Of a stretch of DNA of 41,482 nucleotides, positions 25,601 through 39,570 are shown piece after piece. The notes beneath the pieces are model-generated. The model made no database searches, had not been told where the DNA came from, and saw nothing but the letters and a program-made list of their open reading frames with translations. This stretch comes from Jimgerdemannia flammicorona (taxonomy: Eukaryota): positions 1 through 41,482 of the forward strand of contig RBNJ01000105.1 of NCBI GenBank assembly GCA_003990765.1. The letters run 5' to 3'. The translations under genes were made by a program, and so were the position numbers. Within the stretch, counting starts at the first letter, position 1. Each line of letters begins with the position of its first letter.

Positions 25601-28600
25601 TTACTGGCTCCAGTCTTATTATTCTAAATAAAGGTCATTTTGTAAAGATAAGAAATATAATTTTAGCAAATGATATACTAGCTTATTAAAGAAATTCTCA
25701 GAACAGTCAAATGTTTAGTATAATATTCTGCAGATTAAATATCTACAATTAAACTTACCTAAGTATACCTTATAAAACTATATCAATAATTTGTATACTT
25801 AATTGCAGAGTATTTTAATAATTATATATATTTAGAATATCTATACCATCTTATCTATAGACTGGGGTCTAATTATATCATCTAGGACTGGAATATAGTT
25901 ATAATATGTATGGATTTGAAGATCATATAAGAATATTAGACAAGTGGTGAGACTAGAATATCACTCTCAAGAAAGAATGAATATATTAATAAAGGTGAAA
26001 ACATAAAAAGAGATTATGATTAAGATATAAAATCAGCAATACAATATCATCTCATAAATATTAATCTTATTCATACTAGAGTTTGAATTGCAAAATGAGG
26101 GGAAATTATTTTGGCTACCAAAAACCTTATAATATAAATAATGTAATATCTCTAAATAGGGCTACTAGTAGAGTGTGAGATTGTACAGAATTTATACTGT
26201 ATATAGATGCTCAAATTCTAACACCTTTTTAAAGATTACAGACACCTATTTATATAGTATATCTGCACTATAATATTTATCCTAGCTTTTGAATAGAGAG
26301 AGGTAGATTTTGCTAAAGGTTGTAATATCACCTTAAAGTCTCTTTGATTTAGACATACTAATCCAAACTGTGCCTTAAAATAACTACATATAAATGATAT
26401 ATATTTATCTGTTAATTTAGCTATCTCTTTGTAAACTGGACATGTAAATATTTTTAAGGATATCTTACTCAATTTTTTAATCATTAGATATTATATATAC
26501 CAGAGTAGATATGATAACTTAAGGGTAGATTTTCATTTAGTACTTATCATCACTTAGTGGCAAAATATCAAATACACAAATATATATATAAAAGAATTTA
26601 ATTAAGATTTACTTAAGACTCTCATTATTGAAATTATTATATATATACTAAATTAGATATCATATTAGAGGTCATGATCTATATAAAGAGCCCAGTACTC
26701 AAAATGATGACTTGTTCTATTTAAGATATCTCTTTAGCAAAAGTATTGAAGTCATCCTCCAGTTCTTTTTCTATATTCTAATAAGTCAGTCTTATGATAC
26801 TGAACTTTAGTAGATTGTTTAATAAGATCAGAATTGGTGGTATTATAGGGAACTATGAGAATAATTTATATCAAAAAAGAGAATAGAGATAAGAGTAAGA
26901 ACAATGAAAGATTTCTGAACTATAATATTAATTGATGTCTTGACTGAAACAGTTGAAATGATAAGATAATAAAGACAACTAGTTCTTTATTGAAGGAGAG
27001 AAGAGACTGTTTTGAGTCAGTTTTACTAGATTGAAAGTATTCTTATACTTATATATATATATTCTTCTGGTTAAGATGTCTTTGGAAAGAATATAATTGT
27101 AAAATATAGAAATAATACACAATATGACAAATAATCACTTTTTGTACTGATATTGAAGAAAGTGATGTTCTTCTTATAATTAGTAGACAAAACTCTTACT
27201 TGGCTAAGAATTTTGAAAATATATCAGTTTGAATCCAAATTGATAATTCTAAAATCATCTCTTTAAAAGTAATAAAATACATAATAATATTACTCTGTAT
27301 TTATCTCATATTGAAGAGATAGTTCAAAGTATCTTTCTAATTAAAGATTATGCTCAGATCAATAGCCTTGGTATATATAATTTTTCTTAATATTAAAGAA
27401 GTTATCTGAAAATAAAAGGCAGAAGTAGTATTGATCTTAAGGATCTCAGCATTCTATTATAACAGAATCTGATAATTTAAATCAAATAATAGACTTATAA
27501 ACTTATATATATTATGGATCTATTTTTCAATATATTTACTTAATAATAGCCTATCTAATCTACTCCTCTTATCATATTTTACAATTACTTTATACTAGAG
27601 TCATATATAAATAATTATATTTCTCACCATACTTTTAGAACTATTAACAAGTTTCTCATTATGGTAACTCCAACTATATTGATCAAAATATTTTGAAACA
27701 CTTGGCTAAAAAAAAATCATTGAAGATAATATTATCTATACTATCATATTTATCTCATATAGCTAGTATACTGCTACTTATCTGATTCTATGGTAAAATA
27801 CCCCACTATCTTTAAGGATAGCTGAGGAAAAAACAAATGCAAAATGTTATTTCAAATATTAAAACTGAGTGAAACTTGGAAACTTATTAAATCTTGAGCT
27901 TTAAATAATAAAACAAGACTATAAAGATCTCAACAACTATCACTTTGTACTTAGTAGTGGCAATTTACAACCTTCATATTCATTATGAAGAATATTAAAG
28001 ATATATTTATAGATTATCATAAATTAGATATTATAGTACTTACTATAAGTCTTATTATAGAGTCCAGGAATCTTATCAACTTACCTTAACTCAGAAAAAA
28101 TGAAATGATTGAAATAAGAATATAAAAAATATTATATAAAACATTGTCCTTAAAATAAGTCTTTATAGAATATTTCTCCTCTCCTTTCAAAAATAGGAAG
28201 AATAACTATAAATAACTAATATCAGAGGAGATAAGGTGAGAGAAAATAATCAAAAGAAATCCAAATAAATATATTATTAGTAAACTATGTTAGTCTAATT
28301 TCTATATATTTTTACTATCTATAATTTGGTGGATTTACTTTAGTATATTGAGAGTAATATTACTAAGATTTATATTTTACTGATATTTTGGCAAGTATAA
28401 ATATAAAAGAGTATAGTTATTATAGGAGCTAGAGGTGATTGGAAAATAACAGTAAAATTCTATACTTGAACTTAGTATATTTTCTATTTTCTAGTTAAGT
28501 AAACAAAAATAACTACTACTAAATTACAAATCCTATATATATAAAGCCTGAGAAAGATGAATGCTTTAAATTGGAGAGCTATTTAATTTTCTAAAGTATA

Positions 28601-31455
28601 TTAGTTTGTTCAAACTATATCATTATCTATTTAGTAGACCATCTGGAATATATTTGATTTGTTACCTATTATCAGTTAGTAGATCAACTAATTTATATAT
28701 TAAATATAGTTGAAAAGCTAGATATAAACTAGGAGAATAATATAATATCATACTGAGTATAAGGTTTTGATATATATATAGTCACAATGTAGATATCTTA
28801 TATATATATCTACTTAATATATATAGATATATATATCTATCAGATATTATTGAAATACTCATTATTATATATCTTGATAATGTGACTTATATATAACTAT
28901 ATTATCTTTGAGATATATCACTTGATGCATAAATATATACTATCTGGAATAATAAACAATACTCTCTCCTCTCCTACTCTATATACTCAACTAAGTTACA
29001 ATAAAGATTTTGAGTTCTACTTAGTAGCTAGTAAAAAATACCTCTCTAAGACTATATACTACTCTATATTAAGATATTGCAACTAATAAATTAAGGAGCC
29101 AGTATGAATATACTAGCTATAGTAGGTATAGGTATCTATAGAATAGATATAATGGTCTCAGTTCTCACAGCTAACATAAATATGGTTGATTTCTATCTTT
29201 GATAGCAAGAATTATACTATTTGGATATTCTATATAAGCAATCTCATATAGGAGTATAGCTTGGCAGAGTATATAAAACTATAAGCACAGATTCAAGATT
29301 ATGATATTGTAAATAATTATTAAGTATTATGTGAGATTACCTTTATATTATTAAACTAGAAAATAAAGCTTATAATGCACACTATAATAGCTTATAATAT
29401 ATGAGAGACTCTATGAAATTATTATATATAAGTATCTATATTGAATCAGTTATCTGAAATCTCAATTATTTAATCTATAAATGAAGTTCAAAGAAATTAT
29501 CCATGAATATATCAAACTTGTCAATGATCTGATAAATTAGGTAAATTCTTTAAGTATACCAGCAAAGTATATCAGCTACAAAGACAAGGGTTTGGCCCTT
29601 ATAAGAGACCTCTCTAAGATATATAATATTATAGTAGTAGCTATATACAAAAGTAGAAAACTTGTAGATTATACCCATATAATAATAAGTCTTATCAATA
29701 AGGAGATGTATTAAGGAAATAGTGGTAATAATAATGAAAAGAAAGTATTCTATAAGTTATATAAATGAGGTAAAAAGTATTAATAAGATCAAAAATATAA
29801 ATCTATGTTTAACAGAAACTGTTATTACTGTAATAAGTATAGATATATAGAATAACTTATTATAAGAATAAGGAGAATGATGAAAATAAGTATAAAAGTC
29901 AGTATTGACAATAAGAGAGTGATAGAAATAAATATGATGATAAAGAGCAATATAATACAAATACTGTCAAAACTGACAATAACTAAGATGGAGGCATATT
30001 CTACTTATAAGCAATATATACCAAGTATTAGGAGAAGATATCTATATCTATATTTAAGCTATATATTTTTGAGTTTGCAAAAAGCAATAATAAGCAAAGT
30101 ATATACTAATATAGCTAATAATAATATATAATATAACTTAGATTTAAATACTATATAATATATAATAGCTTACTATAAATAGATCTCTATATATAAGCTA
30201 TTTAAGCATCCACATAGTACTAATTAAGTTAGATAATAATAATATTATATATTCTTAAGAAAGTAGAAATATTAATATATATCTTCTTAGAAATATTATA
30301 GAGTCTATTAGTACTTTCAGGATATACTATATACTTTAAAGATAAGTAAGAATCTCTTTTTAATTGGAAAAATAATAATATACAGAAATAAATAAATATA
30401 TATACCTAATGATAATAGTATATAGCTTGAAAAATGAAAAGAAGATTATGACTATATCAAAACAAGATAATCTTTATATAATTAATATATACTAAGTGGT
30501 ACAAAGTCTCTATATATACAATAACTATACCTGATATATCTAATATATAGTGTATATTGAGTCTGGAAAAGATAATAAGGAATAGTTTGATGAGTGGATT
30601 ACCAGTAATATATTTTAAGAATTTTTTTAGGAACTGCATAGAAAATAAAGAAACCTAATATCTATTTGAGGAATGAATGAAATATATATCTAGTATACTC
30701 AATTTAATCTATCTGAATATATGTAGTTTAATATATTCTACTTTCTATAGTAGAAAGACATATTTCATCATATTTATTAATAATTATATATATATATAAA
30801 GTGTATATACTTCTTATCAGTAATGAATAAAGTTCTGGATAAATTCAAAAAGTTTAAAGTAATTATAAAAAATGAAACACAATATAAAATATATACTATA
30901 TACTCAGATAATAGATATAAATATATTAATAGTACAATTAAGTAATATCTGAAGAAATATAGTATATACTATCAGACAATAATATTATATATACTATAAC
31001 AAAATAGCATAGCCAATTTATTTAACCATATAGCTATAGAAATAATATATATAATGAATAATATGACCAGATTATTATATTCTTATTAGGCTGAAGTAAT
31101 CTATATAGTAGTATATATATAATAGATATATATCTTGAGTATTGAGTAAGAAATCTAGTAATAACAATAATAAGTAATCTAAAAATAATCATGTCTTACT
31201 CCTGAAGAGTTATAGAGCAGAACAAAATCAAACATATTATATTTATATATATTTGGATACAATATATATACTCTTAATAAGAACAATACCAATTAGTACA
31301 AGTTTGAGCTAAACGCTGATAAGCATATATTTATTAAGTATTCTGGTAAGATATATCAACTTTGGGATCTATATAAATATTATATAATAATCTTATATAA
31401 TATAGTTTAATAAAATAGAAAATCAGAAACTCTGTATAAATATATTCATCAGAAC

Positions 31456-31797
31456 TAGTGCTCTCAATAAATCAAATCAAAGATTCAATATGATTTAATT
31501 TGAATTAAATCAAAGGTCCTATTTGATTTAAGATTTGATTTGAACTTTATTTTTTTCAAATTTAATAATCTTTAGCTTATTAGATTTCTCTATATAGGTG
31601 AAATCTAATAAGCTAAAGATTATTAAATTTGAAAAAAATAAAGTTCAAATCAAATCTTAAATCAATAGGACCTTTGATTTAATTCAAATTAAATCAAATT
31701 AAACTTTATTCAAATTAAAAAATCCCCAATTTGATTTGATTTAAATAACTCTCAATTTAATTTAATTTGAATTAATTCAATTTATTTAAGAGCACTA
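31456..31797. mobile_element. hAT-type MITE (342 bp) with a long internal palindrome
   Basis: Termini TAGTGCTCT / AGAGCACTA; 8-bp flanks ATCAGAAC (31448-31455) and ATCTGAAC (31798-31805), 7/8 match; ~100-bp inverted arms centred on TATATA at 31591-31596. Confidence 0.88.
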
Positions 31798-33305
31798 ATC
31801 TGAACCTCTACTTCTGTAATATTTTAGCATAGTTTACTTCTTTTCTTTATCTTTCCTCAATATTCTACAACCTTCCAGTACTTTCCAAATACTTAGAAAT
31901 CCTTTCTTGGCACTAAGTATCCACTAGTACTTATTTAGCTAGTCACTGAATATCCTGGAAACTTGTAGAACTTTATTTGTCATCATTTGTCATCCTTGCT
32001 AAGAACTTTCCTCTTGGTATTTTCTTTTGATTTCTCAGATCCTTTCAGATCCTTCTTTCAGATCTTGTATAAATATCCCCTTTATTCTCATGAATAAAGT
32101 CTCAGAATATTTTCTCTCAGAAATCCTTTGAGAACACTTGAATTCTTAAGTATCTCTTTGAGCTACTTAGAACCACCAAAACTAGTCGCTTTCTCATTTA
32201 GAAACTAGAACTGTTACACTTGGTAGTAGTGGTTAAGTTATATCTAGCCTTATAAAGACATCTCTCAAGATATCAGTTACAATACTATAGAGGACAATGA
32301 GTGGAACCCTTCATATAGTACCTATGGTCCAGACAATGCCTCATACAATCAGCAAGAAGAAGAGGAACAGCGAAACCCTACTCAGTCAACCAGGGCCATC
32401 GAGAGTCTTTTGCAGACTGCATTAGCTCAGATTGCTCAACTTCAAGAATACATAGAAAGAAAGGAAAGCAAGGCCCCTGCTCATATATCTGCACCTCTAC
32501 CGATATAGTATATCCAACAGCAGTCACTATTAAGTCTCAGAAGCCTGATACTTTTGATGATCAAAGAGAAGGACTGTCTACCGATGCCTGGCTTTTCCAA
32601 TTGGAGCAATATGGAGAACTGACCAATTTGGAAGAAGCAACACTAGTCCAATTTGCTGCCACACTCCTTTAAGGAAATGCTGCAATCTGGTGGTGAAACC
32701 ATGTCCAGAATACCAGATTTGCTAACTGGATCAGGACCTGGAATGAATTCTCTGATGCTGTTCAAGGCCAATTCAAACCAGTCAACAGTACTAAGGCCAT
32801 GCGAGACTGTCTGGCAAATGTCAAACAACTTAAGTCTGTGCAAGCATATAATGCATAATTCCTGTCAATCCTGCTAGAATTACCACATGTCACTAAAGAC
32901 AAGAAGGTCAACAAGTACATCTGAGGCTTGAAAGGTCAAACCCGAGTTCGTATCAAACTAGAAGAACCCAAGGACCTAGATACAGCAATGAAGATTACTG
33001 ATAGGTTTGATGTTATTACCTATAGTCACCACTTTGAACAGAAGAGACCACCTTTCAACAACAACTACAAAAGGGAGAAACTCAAAGTCAGAACTGTTGG
33101 ACCTGCCTCCATGGACCTAGACACCATTGACAAGAGCAAGAAAGGCAAGCTTATACCTGAGAAAAAGGAGTGCCTCAAGAAGGCTGGAGTCTGCTTCTTT
33201 TGCCATCAGCCTGGTCACATTGCAACCAAATGTCCCAAGAAAACTGCCAAATCAAAGAGGATTCTGGTCCTATCCAAAGATACTCAAGATCAACCAGTTG
33301 AATAA

Positions 33306-33730
33306 GAAGTTGTACTCAATTTCATATGAGTCAACCCCAAGGCCCAGATCCCTCAAGCACAGTCAGAAGGAGCCATTGGTTTAGACCTTCAAGCAGTATA
33401 ACAAGTCACTATTCCTGCACATGAAAGAAGGCCCATTCCAACTGACCTTTCAGTTGAAATCTCCAAGGAACATTATGTGAGAATTGTACCAAGATCTGGC
33501 CTCAGTTTCAAGCACTCATTAGATGTTAGTGCTGGAGTCATTAACTCTAACTTCTGAGGTGAAATGTAAGTCCTGCTAGTCAATCACAAGAATCAACCAT
33601 ATACATACTATCAATGAAGGTGACAGAATGGCACAGCTCATTCTAAAACAAGTCACTCTACCAGTCATCAAAGAAGTCACCAAGCTGTCTCCAACCAAGC
33701 AAGATCAGAAAGGCTTTGGCAGTACTGACA
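33306..33730 (+). pseudogene. dUTPase domain between Gag and protease (element C)
   Basis: NPKAQIPQAQSEGAIGLDL...RIVPRSGLSFKHSLDVSAGVINSNF*GEM...EGDRMAQLIL...KGFGSTD. Confidence 0.92.
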
Positions 33731-36700
33731 AAGTTGCAAGCATAGCTGAGAACTGAGCCAATTCAATGCTCATTTTCAAAGATCTAGTCAAGGGACAATA
33801 ACTAGATATTCTCATAGACAGTGGAGCTGTTGGGAACTTCATAAACAAGAACCTCATTGATAAGCTCAAGATTCTCATCAAACCAGCTGACAAGAATGAT
33901 AGAGTTGTCACTGCAGATGGTACTATCTTACCAATTGACTCAATTGCTGCTAAACTCTCTCTCAAGATCCAGAAGTACTGGGAACATTTAGATTCGAGGT
34001 AGCACCACTAGGAGACCATGACTGGATCCTAGGCAAACCCTGGCTTATACAACACAACCCTTAGATTGATTGGACCAAGAATGAAGTCACCCTGATTCAG
34101 AATGGAACCAACATTACCATCAAGCTAGACAAGACACAGACAAGAACCCCAATTGCTACCCTTTTGGCAATTCAGTTCAAGAAGGCCCTCAAGAAAGCTA
34201 CCTGTACCTTTGTGGCACTGATCTAACCAAAGAAAGAAGATAAGAAGCTATCAATTAGTGAAAGTATCAAGTTACTACTGAATAAGTACAAGGATGTCTT
34301 CCTGGACAAACTACCTGGTCTACTACCTTCAAGAGACCATGACCACGAAATCAAGTTGGTATCTGATGCAGCTATACCTAAGAAGAAAATATCTGCATAT
34401 CTCTACTCGAAATTGAAGCAGTCAAGAAAGAACTCAATGAACTTATTGAGCAAGGAGCCATTCAGCCAAGCAAGTCACCCTTTGGCTCCCCAGTCCTATT
34501 TGTCAAGAAAAAGGATGATACTCTGCAAATGTGCATAGACTACCAAGCACTCAATAAGATTACAGTCAAGAACCATTATCCACTACCACTTATAGATCAA
34601 ATCTTTGATGCTCTTAAAAATGCAAAGTACTTCACTAAGATTGATCTCACCTCTGGATATTATGAAATTCGAATCAAGCCAGAAGACATACCCAAGACTG
34701 CCTTTATAACACCCTTTGGACTCTATGAATTCCTAGTTATGGCCTTTGGTCTCACCAATGTGCCAGCAATCTTTCAAGATCTCATGCAAACTGTCTTCAA
34801 GGATCAGCTCTATATCTTTGTACTTATATACCCTGATCTTCAGTAGTACTGAAGAAGAACACCTCAAGCATATTGAATAAGTCCTCAAGATCCTCCATGA
34901 GAACAAGCTCTATGCAAAGCTCAAGAAATGTAAATTTTTCAAGAATCAAGTCGAATATCTTGGACACATTGTATCAGCCAAAGGAATTCAAGTAGACCTA
35001 AGGAAAATACAAGCCATTGAACAGTGGCCTGTACCAGCAAATCTCACTGAACTTAGGTCCTTCCTTGGTCTGGCTGGATACTACTGTCAATTTGTCAAGA
35101 ACTTCTCTGGCATTGCAGAATCTTTAACAAACCTCCTGTGAAAGGAACCCAACTCTGACCTTTATGTCCCCTATATCTGGGATGCTTTCTGTCAATAAGC
35201 TTTTCAAGAACTCAAGAACCACCTGACCCATGCACCTGTTCTTAGAAACATGGACCCAAACTTGAAGTTCACAGTCACTACAGATATATCTAACTTTGCC
35301 ATTGGTGCAGTTATCAAGATGATGGTCAAGGACACTGACCTATTGCCTTTGAGTCAAGAAAATTGTCTCCAGCAGAACAAAAGCTGGCTACTCACGAAAA
35401 GGAACTTCTGGCAATCATATATACCCTCAAGACTTGGTGACACTACCTAGAAGAAGTTGAGTTTGATGTGATCACCAATCACAGGTCTCTTCAGTATATC
35501 AATACTCAACCAACCCTTTCTCACCAACAAGCCAAGTGGAGTCAACTACTTCAGACCTTTACCCCAAACATCATCTACAAGCCTGGCAAAACTCTAGTTG
35601 TATCAGATGTACTTTCAAGAAGACCTGACCTTGCCACAATTTTACAAGTCACTGTGGTACCTAAATTCCTCAACCAGATCAAGAAGGCATATAAACAAGA
35701 CTCTCTGGTTCTACAAAGGAACATCAAGGAATTCAAGAAAAGTATGTCATCAAGGACAACCTTGTATACTATTAAGACAAAGTATATATTCCTGTCAACC
35801 CTGAACTACAGTATAAGATTCTTCATGAACATCATGACTCCCCACTAGCTGGTCACCTTGGAACTGAGAAGATCATCAAGAATATCCAATGAGACTACTA
35901 CTGGCCAAATATGCTCAAGGAAATCAAGGAGTATATCTAAAGCTGCAATCTTTGCCAAAGAAACAAGTCAAGCAACCAAGCACCCACTGGTCTTCTATAA
36001 CTCTTACCAATTCCAACCAAGAAGTTTGAACAAGTCACAATGGACTTCATTGTACAACTCCCATGAATCAAAATAGGCTATGATGCTATTGTTGTATTTG
36101 TAGACCATCTCACCAAGATTATAATCGCCGAGCTAACCACAACCAACACCACTGCCTTAGAAATTGCAAGAATCTTCTTCAAGACTGTCTTTCACCATTA
36201 TGGACTTCCCTGAGTAATTATTAGTAACTACAACCCCAAGTTTACAAGCCACTTCTGGTAAGCACTCTTCAAGACCCTTAGAACCCAAATTGCTATATTC
36301 ACTGCCTTCCATCCTCAAACTGATGGACAGACTGAGTGAATGAATAGAACACTTGAACAAATGCTCAAAAACTACATGTCTTATGAGTAAGATAATTGAG
36401 ATCACTATCTGACATATACCGAGTTCGTCTACAATAATACCACCCAATCATCAACTGGCCTTTCCCCATTTCAGTTACTTCATGGTCAAGACCCCAAGAC
36501 CCCTGCAAGCCTAGTCTCATTCCAGTAATCCAGTTACACACAAGTCTCCACAGCCCAGAACCTTATCAATAAAATGGATTCCCTTCTCAAAATCACCACT
36601 ACAAATCTATAAAAGGCTCAGAAACATCAAGCTAAGTATGCAGATAAGAAGCAGTAAGATGTTATATACAACATTAGTGATATAGTTCTACTCAAAGTTG

Positions 36701-36939
36701 ATAACATCAAGGCTCAATCTCAAGTCAACTGCCAGTCAGCCAAATTCCAGCCCAAGTATCTTGGATCCTTTGAGATCACTGAGCAAGTCTCTACCTGGTC
36801 TTATTGCCTCAACTTACCAATAACCATGTATATACACCCAGTATTCCATATATTAAAACTCAAGGCCTAGAACTAGTCATCTCTATATCCTGGCCGAATT
36901 CTGACACCATCAGCACTAGTGATAGTTGAAGACCACATC

Positions 36940-37092
36940 AAGTATGAAGTTGAGAAAATCTTAGACAAACAAGTTTGGTACTATTACACAGAATACCTAG
37001 TCAAGTGGATGGGTTATCCTGAATATGATACTACCTGGGAACCTGCCGCCAATCTCAAGAACTCTCAAGACCTCATTTAAGAGTTTGAGTAA
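36940..37092 (+). other. Chromodomain at the integrase C-terminus (element C)
   Basis: YEVEKILDKQ...EYLVKWMGYPEYDTTWEPAANLKNS. Confidence 0.95.
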
Positions 37093-38149
37093 AAATAAAC
37101 TCACTGACTGTCTGTGAGGTTCTCCCCTTAGATAGTAGACAACATATTGTGCTGATCAGGCACATTAAGCATCAGGGCACTTTAAAGAATATAGTATTAG
37201 AAATAAGAGATATAGAAGAACCCTATAAATCTTGCAACCAATAAGGTTCAAACCAGTTCTCATCTGATCAAAATAATACTTTGGCCCTTGCCTTATACAA
37301 GGATGACCAGTCCTTGCCAATGAGCTGACATATTTTATTTGAAGTTTTTTTTAGTCTTATTGTTTATTATATGTAACTTTGAGAATTCAACAAGGATATT
37401 GATTCTTAAGGAGGGGGAGATGTAACATTTTAGCATAGTTTACTTCTTTTCTTTGTCTTTCCTCAATATTCTACAATCTTCCAGTACTTTCTGAATACTT
37501 AGAAATCCTTTCTTGGTGCCGAGCATCTACTAGTACTTATTTAGCTAGTCACTGAATGTCCTGGAAACTTGTAGAACTTTATTTGTCATTATTTGTCATC
37601 CTTGCTGAGAACTTTCCTCTTGGTATTTTCTTTTGATTTCTCAGATCCTTCTGGATCTTTCTTTCAGATCTTATATAAATATCTCCTTTGTTCTCATGAA
37701 TAAAGTCTTAGAATATTTTCTCCCAGAAATCCTTCAAGAATACTTGAATCCTTAAGTATCTCTTCAAGCTACTTAGAACTACCAGAACTAGTTGCTTCCT
37801 CATTTAGAAACTAGAACTATTACAACTTCAATATCTATATCTCAATTAGTATAAGTATAATATCTAGTACTAATATCTTCAATAAAGCAAAATTATTTTC
37901 AACTACTATATATATCTGAGCCAGAGTTATCTGAGCTAAGAATAATAGAGATTAATGATAGCATAACTAATAATAATAATGAAGAGTCTATTAAGAGTAA
38001 GAAAAAGCCAAAGTATAAGCTCAGAAACAAGACTTGTTCTAATTTAGAAAATTAATAGAATATATCAGAAAACTTTAGATAGTAATATAAAGACTATGTA
38101 AGTTATACTGAAATATATAAATATATATTTATTTCAACTTCTAGCAAGT

Positions 38150-39570
38150 CAAGTATATATAATGAAGTAATAACTTTCTCTAACAATAAGAAATAGAAGT
38201 AAGTCATAGATGAGAAGTATAATTTGCTCATTAAAAATAGTATATGAGATCTAATATCTCTTTTGATCAATTGATAATCTATAGAATTATATTAGGTTTA
38301 TAAAATTAAGCATAAGTAATAAAGGTATAGAATAGTATAAATCTTATTTTGTTACTAAGAGTTATTGACAGAATTATAATATAGACTATAATGAGACATT
38401 TTTACTAGTATTTAAGCTTATTTTACTAAAAATACTTCTTGCAATAGAAATCTATCAGATAGATGTAAAGATAGCTATTCTCAATAGTGATATAGATATA
38501 GAGTAATATATATATTTACTAATAATAAGAATATAAGCAGAATAACAATCTTATATATAAACTATATAAATAATTATATAACATCAAGTAAGCAGCCTAT
38601 TTGTAAAATAGAAAATTAATAAATATCTCCTTAATAATAGTTTTATATACTGTAAAGTAGATATATAACTATATATATATATATTCAATACTATAGATAT
38701 ATGAGTAGATGATATAATCATCATAGTAATAAAAAGTAAGCTTAATGAAGTTAAAGAAGTTTTGCATAAGGAATTTAAAATGATAAAATTGATAATATAT
38801 TCTTTCTTTTAGGAATATTAATATATATAATAAAAGTATATATACTATATATTCTTATAGTTAATATATCTAAGTCATTCTTAAATACTTTAAGATAAAT
38901 AAATAAAAGTCTATTAATACTCTTGAAAATATCTCTAAAGTAAAGAAAGCTCAAGACTAATAATGATATAAACTATAACAATATTTTCTATTAATAAATA
39001 GTTAGGTCCATTATATATCTTATATTAGAAATAAGATAGTATAGTATTCATCATATATATTATGATAATATAATTAATTAGTAGTTAAGTATTAGTAGAT
39101 CAAGTAGGAGTAATAGTAATAATAATAAGAATAATAACATATATCTATCTAGTATATATAATGCTAATTGGACTAGAGACTTAGATGATTACTGATCTAT
39201 AACTAAGTATCTCTTCTAATTAAATAACAAAGGAATTATATCATAAGCAGAGCTCAGTAGTAATATTATCTACAGTTATAAAGAAAGCTATTTTACTATA
39301 TCAACTATTAAAGAAACTCAGCTTTAATCAGAAATGATACTCTATTCTCATTTATCATAATAATCAGTCTACAATTGCTATAGTAAAGAACCTATTCATC
39401 ATAATAAAACTAGATATATTGATATACAATATTATTATATATATAAAAATATATGAAAAATAAAACTATATATTTAGAATATATTCTCACAGAGTATATA
39501 ATTATAGATTCACTTACTAAAGCTCTTCTGAGACTGAAATTCAAGCAATGTACTAAAGAAATAAGTTATA
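38150..39570 (+). pseudogene. Copia RT-RNase H remnant
   Basis: YKSYFVTKSY*QNYNIDYNETF (cf. KARLVAKGYxQxxGIDYxETF), QIDVKIAILNSDID (cf. QMDVKTAFLNG), VDDIII, ANWTRDLDDY*SIT (cf. DADWAGD), NNQSTIAIVKN, DSLTKAL. Confidence 0.88.

Larger units (their letters stand above)
32297..37092 (+). pseudogene. gag-pol of element C (Gag-CCHC, dUTPase, PR, RT, RNase H, IN, chromodomain)
   Basis: CFFCHQPGHIATKC; protease ILIDSGA (~33807); [62 protein letters not shown]; multiple stops and frameshifts. Confidence 0.95.
31815..37824 (+). mobile_element. Chromovirus (Ty3/Gypsy) element C, full length, dUTPase-bearing
   Basis: 404-bp LTRs 31815-32218 and 37421-37824 (TGTAA...TTACA); perfect 5-bp TSD ACTTC; PBS TGGTAGTAGTGG at 32221 (tRNA-iMet-like); PPT AAGGAGGGGGAGA at 37408-37420. 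Confidence 0.97.

Noticed and set aside
29757-30639. Ile/Tyr/Asn-rich ORFs suggesting organellar or AT-rich genes
   Set aside because: They lie within the Copia LTR pair; the composition reflects extreme TA-biased decay.
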